This document shows positions 28,409-32,000 of a stretch of DNA of 32,000 nucleotides, piece after piece. This stretch comes from Bacillota bacterium. Its GTDB lineage: Bacteria > Bacillota > Clostridia > Acetivibrionales > JANLFN01. Positions within the stretch are counted from its first letter, which is position 1. Every line of letters begins with the position of its first letter. The stretch is taken from contig JAEZTC010000011.1 of assembly GCA_023421675.1 (NCBI GenBank), positions 31,526 to 63,525 on the forward strand, in the 5' to 3' direction. The notes beneath the pieces are model-generated. The model saw nothing but the letters and a program-made list of their open reading frames with translations, searched no databases and had not been told where the DNA came from. Made by a program: the position numbers and the translations under genes.

Positions 28409-29578
28409 TCATTTATTATGATTGTCTAAAAATCTCCCGATACGTTTCAGAGCTTCAAAAATATTTTCCATAGAGTTGGAATATGTAGCTCTTACGAACC
28501 CCTCACCACATTCCCCAAAAGCATTTCCGGGAACAACCAGGACTCTTTCCTCCTGCAGGAGTTTTTCACAGAATTCATCAGAGTTCATTCCGGTAGACTT
28601 TATACAAGGGAATACATAAAAGGCTCCCAATGGTTCAAAACAATCCAGTCCAAGCTTTCGGAAACCATCTACCAAAACTCTTCTGCGCCTGTTATATTCT
28701 CTTGTCATGGACTTAACATCTTCATCACTGTTTTTAAGAGCTTCAATAGCTGCATACTGTGCTGTCGTAGGCGAACACATTATTGCATATTGGTGTATCT
28801 TTTTCATTACGCCTATTAAGTCACTTGGACCACATGCATAACCAAGCCTCCATCCAGTCATTGCAAATGCCTTTGAAAAACCGTTTATTACAAGTGTTTT
28901 CTCCCTCATCCCCGGGAACTCGGCAATTGATGTATGCTTACCTTCATAAGTAAGCTCGGAATAAATTTCGTCAGACAAAACAACTATATTCTTATCCCGA
29001 AGAACCTCAGCTATTTTCGCGATATCTTCCCTGGACATAATTGCTCCAGTAGGGTTATTGGGGAAAGGTATTATTACAACCTTTGTCCTGGGTGTAATTG
29101 CATTTTCAAGCTGTTCAGGCATTAATCTGAACTGGTCTTCTACTTTTAGATTTATTGTAACAGGTGTTGCACCACAAAACCCCGTACACCCCTTATACGC
29201 AACAAAACTTGGTTCAGGTATTATAACTTCATCACCCTTGCCTACGAGAGCCCTAAGCGCAGCATCAATCGCTTCGCTTCCTCCAACCGTAACAAGAATT
29301 TCGTCATCCGCATTATATTCAAGACTATATTTCTTTTTAAGATACCTTGATATTTCACTTCTAAGCTCTATAAAACCTGCATTACTGGAATAATGTGTGT
29401 GCCCCTGTTCAAGAGAATAAATGCCAGCCTCTCTGATATTCCATGGAGTAACGAAGTCAGGTTCTCCAACTCCCAAAGAAATTGCATCCTTCATCTCGTT
29501 TATTAAATCAAAATACTTCCTAATACCTGATGGGGGCACATCTTTTATATGTTGAAGTATCATGTCCCCAATTTTCAT
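28409..29578 (-). CDS. PLP-dependent class I/II aminotransferase
   Basis: PNNPTGAIM, VLSDEIYSELTYEG, INGFSKAFAMTGWRLGY (PLP lysine motif). Confidence 0.95.
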   Translation of the reverse strand: MKIGDMILQHIKDVPPSGIRKYFDLINEMKDAISLGVGEPDFVTPWNIREAGIYSLEQGHTHYSSNAGFIELRSEISRYLKKKYSLEYNADDEILVTVGGSEAIDAALRALVGKGDEVIIPEPSFVAYKGCTGFCGATPVTINLKVEDQFRLMPEQLENAITPRTKVVIIPFPNNPTGAIMSREDIAKIAEVLRDKNIVVLSDEIYSELTYEGKHTSIAEFPGMREKTLVINGFSKAFAMTGWRLGYACGPSDLIGVMKKIHQYAIMCSPTTAQYAAIEALKNSDEDVKSMTREYNRRRRVLVDGFRKLGLDCFEPLGAFYVFPCIKSTGMNSDEFCEKLLQEERVLVVPGNAFGECGEGFVRATYSNSMENIFEALKRIGRFLDNHNK

Positions 29579-30054
29579 AGTATTACAGCCTCCCTGTCAT
29601 CCTTTTCCTTTTCTTCAAAAGTGATTCCTTCTTCTTTATATCTCTTAAGGACAAAGTGTGTTCCTGTACTTAATACAGATTCAAGTGGTGCCAGCTTTTC
29701 TGCTACAAAGAGAGCAACCTCCTTCATGGTTTTACCCTCAACAATTACTGTAAGGTCAAATCCCCCTGACATAAGGTAACAAGCTTTAACCTCGGGAAAC
29801 CTGTAAATTCTTTCTGCAACCTTATCGAATCCTTCACCTCTTTGAGGTGTTACTTTTACTTCTATAAGAGCGGTTACAACTTCCTTGCTTGTTTTTTCCC
29901 AGTTGATCAATGTATTGTATCCTACTATAACTTTTTCTTTTTCGTAGTTTTTAATTGCTTCTTCAACCTCTTCTACGCTTTTGCCAAGCATTACAGCTAT
30001 TTGTTCATTAGTCAGCCTGTTGTTTCCAGCCAAAACTTCCAAAATTTCTTCCAT
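29575..30054 (-). CDS. Lrp/AsnC family transcriptional regulator
   Basis: NRLTNEQIAVMLGKSVEEVEEAIKNYEKEKVIVGY HTH; C-terminal VKACYLMSGGFDLTVIVEG RAM domain. Stop overlaps the aminotransferase ATG (ATGA). Confidence 0.92.
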   Translation of the reverse strand: MEEILEVLAGNNRLTNEQIAVMLGKSVEEVEEAIKNYEKEKVIVGYNTLINWEKTSKEVVTALIEVKVTPQRGEGFDKVAERIYRFPEVKACYLMSGGFDLTVIVEGKTMKEVALFVAEKLAPLESVLSTGTHFVLKRYKEEGITFEEKEKDDREAVIL

Positions 30055-30164
30055 TAGAATCACTCCATTCTTATAATTTTGTATGGTCAGAGTTTAATCT
30101 TAGTATTAACTAATTGTTTAAAAAAAGAATATAATCTTGATAAAATCAAGTGTGTTTTTTCGTA

Positions 30165-30204
30165 TAAAAAAACTCCTTATGTCCTTTGAAGGGACGAAGG
30201 AGTT
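30165..30204 (-). terminator. T-box-regulated terminator hairpin
   Basis: AACTCCTtcGTCC...GGACataAGGAGTT followed by a T run, directly after the T-box sequence. Confidence 0.93.
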
Positions 30205-30440
30205 AATTCGCGGTACCACCCTAATTATGCCTTTTGGGCATCAGCTTAGTTCAATGCATTTACATTGTGTCCATATAACGTTGGACCACCCGTCATCCTT
30301 TAGTTTGGAAAATATATCACCAATTTCTCAAGGAGAAACTCAATAAGCTGCTTTCTGCAAGGTTCTCTGCCGTTTCACACCAGCCAGCGGCTCTCTTAAA
30401 AAGTTCCAAGCATACTCTTCTTAATCATCGTTGTTGAAAT
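30165..30440 (-). promoter_or_regulatory. T-box riboswitch leader upstream of the Lrp/AsnC-aminotransferase operon
   Basis: Minus strand: Stem I elements GAAGAGTA...AGAGAGCCGCTGGCTGGTGTGAAACGGC; T-box AGGGTGGTACCGCG (30209-30222); terminator AACTCCTTCGTCCcttcaaaGGACataAGGAGTTTTTTT. Confidence 0.97.
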
Positions 30441-30495
30441 ATTAATTATTATTCATTTTAGTATATAACATTTTTTCATTGTTTACAATACATCA

Positions 30496-30936
30496 TTAAT
30501 TATCATCTTCAATAAAATTATCAATTTGCTGCTCAAATTTTTTGAGTGTGTCGGTAACACTGGACTTAAGTACTCTTAGCTCTTCTTTGATATCAACAAG
30601 CTTTTCTTTTTCTTCTTCCAGTAAAGCATCAAGTCTTTTCTTTTCCTCTGAAGCCTGCTGTCTTGCCTCATCCATTATGAGTTCAGCTTTCTCCTGAGCC
30701 CGGATTAGGACATTGGCAATTTTGCTTCTGTCTTCATTGATCTCATCTGCCTTTTGAGCTATTTCATCATATTTGAATTTAGCCTCTCTGAGTTCACTCT
30801 TTAAAGAACCGATTTCTTCGTCCTTCTTTTTTAGTTTATCATCAAACTCAACCAGCATTTTTTCTATATATGAATTTACATCAGACTTTTTAAATCCTCC
30901 AAGAAACTTGGTTCTAAAACGCTTCTCACCGGCCAT
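30496..30936 (-). CDS. DivIVA-domain protein
   Basis: FRTKFLGGFKKSDVNSYIEKMLVEFDDKLKKKDEEI followed by an extended coiled coil. Confidence 0.85.
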   Translation of the reverse strand: MAGEKRFRTKFLGGFKKSDVNSYIEKMLVEFDDKLKKKDEEIGSLKSELREAKFKYDEIAQKADEINEDRSKIANVLIRAQEKAELIMDEARQQASEEKKRLDALLEEEKEKLVDIKEELRVLKSSVTDTLKKFEQQIDNFIEDDN

Positions 30937-31069
30937 TTAAATACCTCCCGATAATTATATGAGACCTTAGGGTTTCCAATTTTTTATTTATCAGTATATA
31001 TTCAATGTTATTTTATAAAATCCTCTTTTTTCAACAAAAAATCTATTACCTGCTTATATTGCTGCATTA

Positions 31070-31096
31070 AAAAAAGAGCATTTAAAATGCTCCTTT
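31070..31096 (-). terminator. Intrinsic terminator after trxA
   Basis: Minus strand GGAGCATTTTAAATGCTC followed by TTTTTTT. Confidence 0.85.
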
Positions 31097-31107
31097 TCTA
31101 GAGTTAA

Positions 31108-31437
31108 TCAGAGATTCTTTTCAATTACACTTGCAAGTTCGTCTTTAGGTCTTGCACCAATAATTTTATCTGCAACCTCTCCGCTTTTAAAAACCATTAA
31201 AGTTGGTATACTCATTACCCTGAATTTCTGTGCAAGTTCGCCTTCTTCATCTACATTAACCTTTGCGACTTTAATTTTTCCATCGTAATCATTCGCAAGT
31301 TCATCTACAATAGGAGCCACTGCTCTGCAAGGTCCGCACCATTGAGCCCAAAAGTCAACAAATACAGGTTTATCAGAATTAACTACTTCTTGTTCAAAGT
31401 TGCTTTTAGTTAATTTAATAATTTTTTCACTAGCCAT
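31108..31437 (-). CDS. trxA: Thioredoxin
   Basis: VFVDFWAQWCGPCRAVAPIVDELA active site and SIPTLMVFKSGEV. Confidence 0.98.
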   Translation of the reverse strand: MASEKIIKLTKSNFEQEVVNSDKPVFVDFWAQWCGPCRAVAPIVDELANDYDGKIKVAKVNVDEEGELAQKFRVMSIPTLMVFKSGEVADKIIGARPKDELASVIEKNL

Positions 31438-31544
31438 AATTTACCTCCCGGTTATGCTATAAAATAATAACTTAGGTATAAATAAAAATATATCCTTCAT
31501 TATTATATTTATACCACCCTGAATCCGCTAAAAACATTTTTAAA

Positions 31545-32000
31545 TTAATTTTTTATTGAATCAGTATCAAAAGCTTCAAGTTTAAGTTTATCTCCATCCA
31601 ATGAGACTATATAATCATTCAGAACTGTAATAAGCTTTCCTTTATACTTGATATCCTTGCTGTTTGTAATTGCATACATTGTGTTTGAAGCTTCATCGAC
31701 CTCATAAACAGCCCCGTTACCGGTAACAAAGATGTCCTCTGGCTTTACAGGCTTTTTTAATGATATTGAATCCCAATTCTTAAATTCGGTGCCAATTCCT
31801 CCATAATAAACTTTTTCAACCAAACCGTTATTGCTCAGCTTACCTACATAAACCTTGTCTTCCAAGTCAATTGACAATAGTGCAGCCTTATTTTTAAGAG
31901 AAAGTTGTTTTGTTTTTCCTGTCCCACCCTCTCTGATAAACACTTTGCCCTTACTGTCCTGATAAACTATTTTTTCAACATAGTTAGCTTGTTTAATTAC
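31545..32000 (-). CDS. Hypothetical protein, truncated at the right window edge
   Basis: The reading frame stays open upstream of the track's 31943 GTG start to position 32000 (VIKQANYVEKIVYQDSKGKVFIREGG...), so the given start is probably internal. Confidence 0.75.
   Translation of the reverse strand, partial: VIKQANYVEKIVYQDSKGKVFIREGGTGKTKQLSLKNKAALLSIDLEDKVYVGKLSNNGLVEKVYYGGIGTEFKNWDSISLKKPVKPEDIFVTGNGAVYEVDEASNTMYAITNSKDIKYKGKLITVLNDYIVSLDGDKLKLEAFDTDSIKN

Noticed and set aside
30137-30346. 69-aa plus-strand ORF MIKSSVFFRIKKLLMSFEGTKELIRGTT...
   Set aside because: Overlaps the antisense of the T-box leader and terminator, whose conserved RNA motifs explain the sequence.

Overview
The window looks like an ordinary low-GC clostridial (Ruminiclostridium-like, inferred) chromosomal segment, mostly on the minus strand. 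In minus-strand order it carries: a thioredoxin/DivIVA region; a T-box-controlled Lrp/AsnC regulator plus aminotransferase pair; a Cof-type HAD phosphatase; two tandem paralogous lipoproteins; an ANTAR regulator; prfB with the classical +1 frameshift; a larE-DUF2520-larB-larC-radical SAM cluster without larA; a zinc-ribbon/FxLYD membrane protein plus trypsin-like protease pair; guaA with an AEC permease; and an AzgA-type purine permease followed by a purE-F-M-N-H-D operon. amtB-glnB and a secreted copper-amine-oxidase-like protein are on the plus strand. The most interesting signal is the ~580-nt gap between the divergent ANTAR gene and amtB. It holds two tandem hexaloop hairpins with A at loop position 1 and G at position 4, as expected for an ANTAR target. 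Upstream of them sits a strong intrinsic terminator that could end an independent small RNA. No CRISPR array, phage or transposon was seen, and I found no clearly novel defence-like system.
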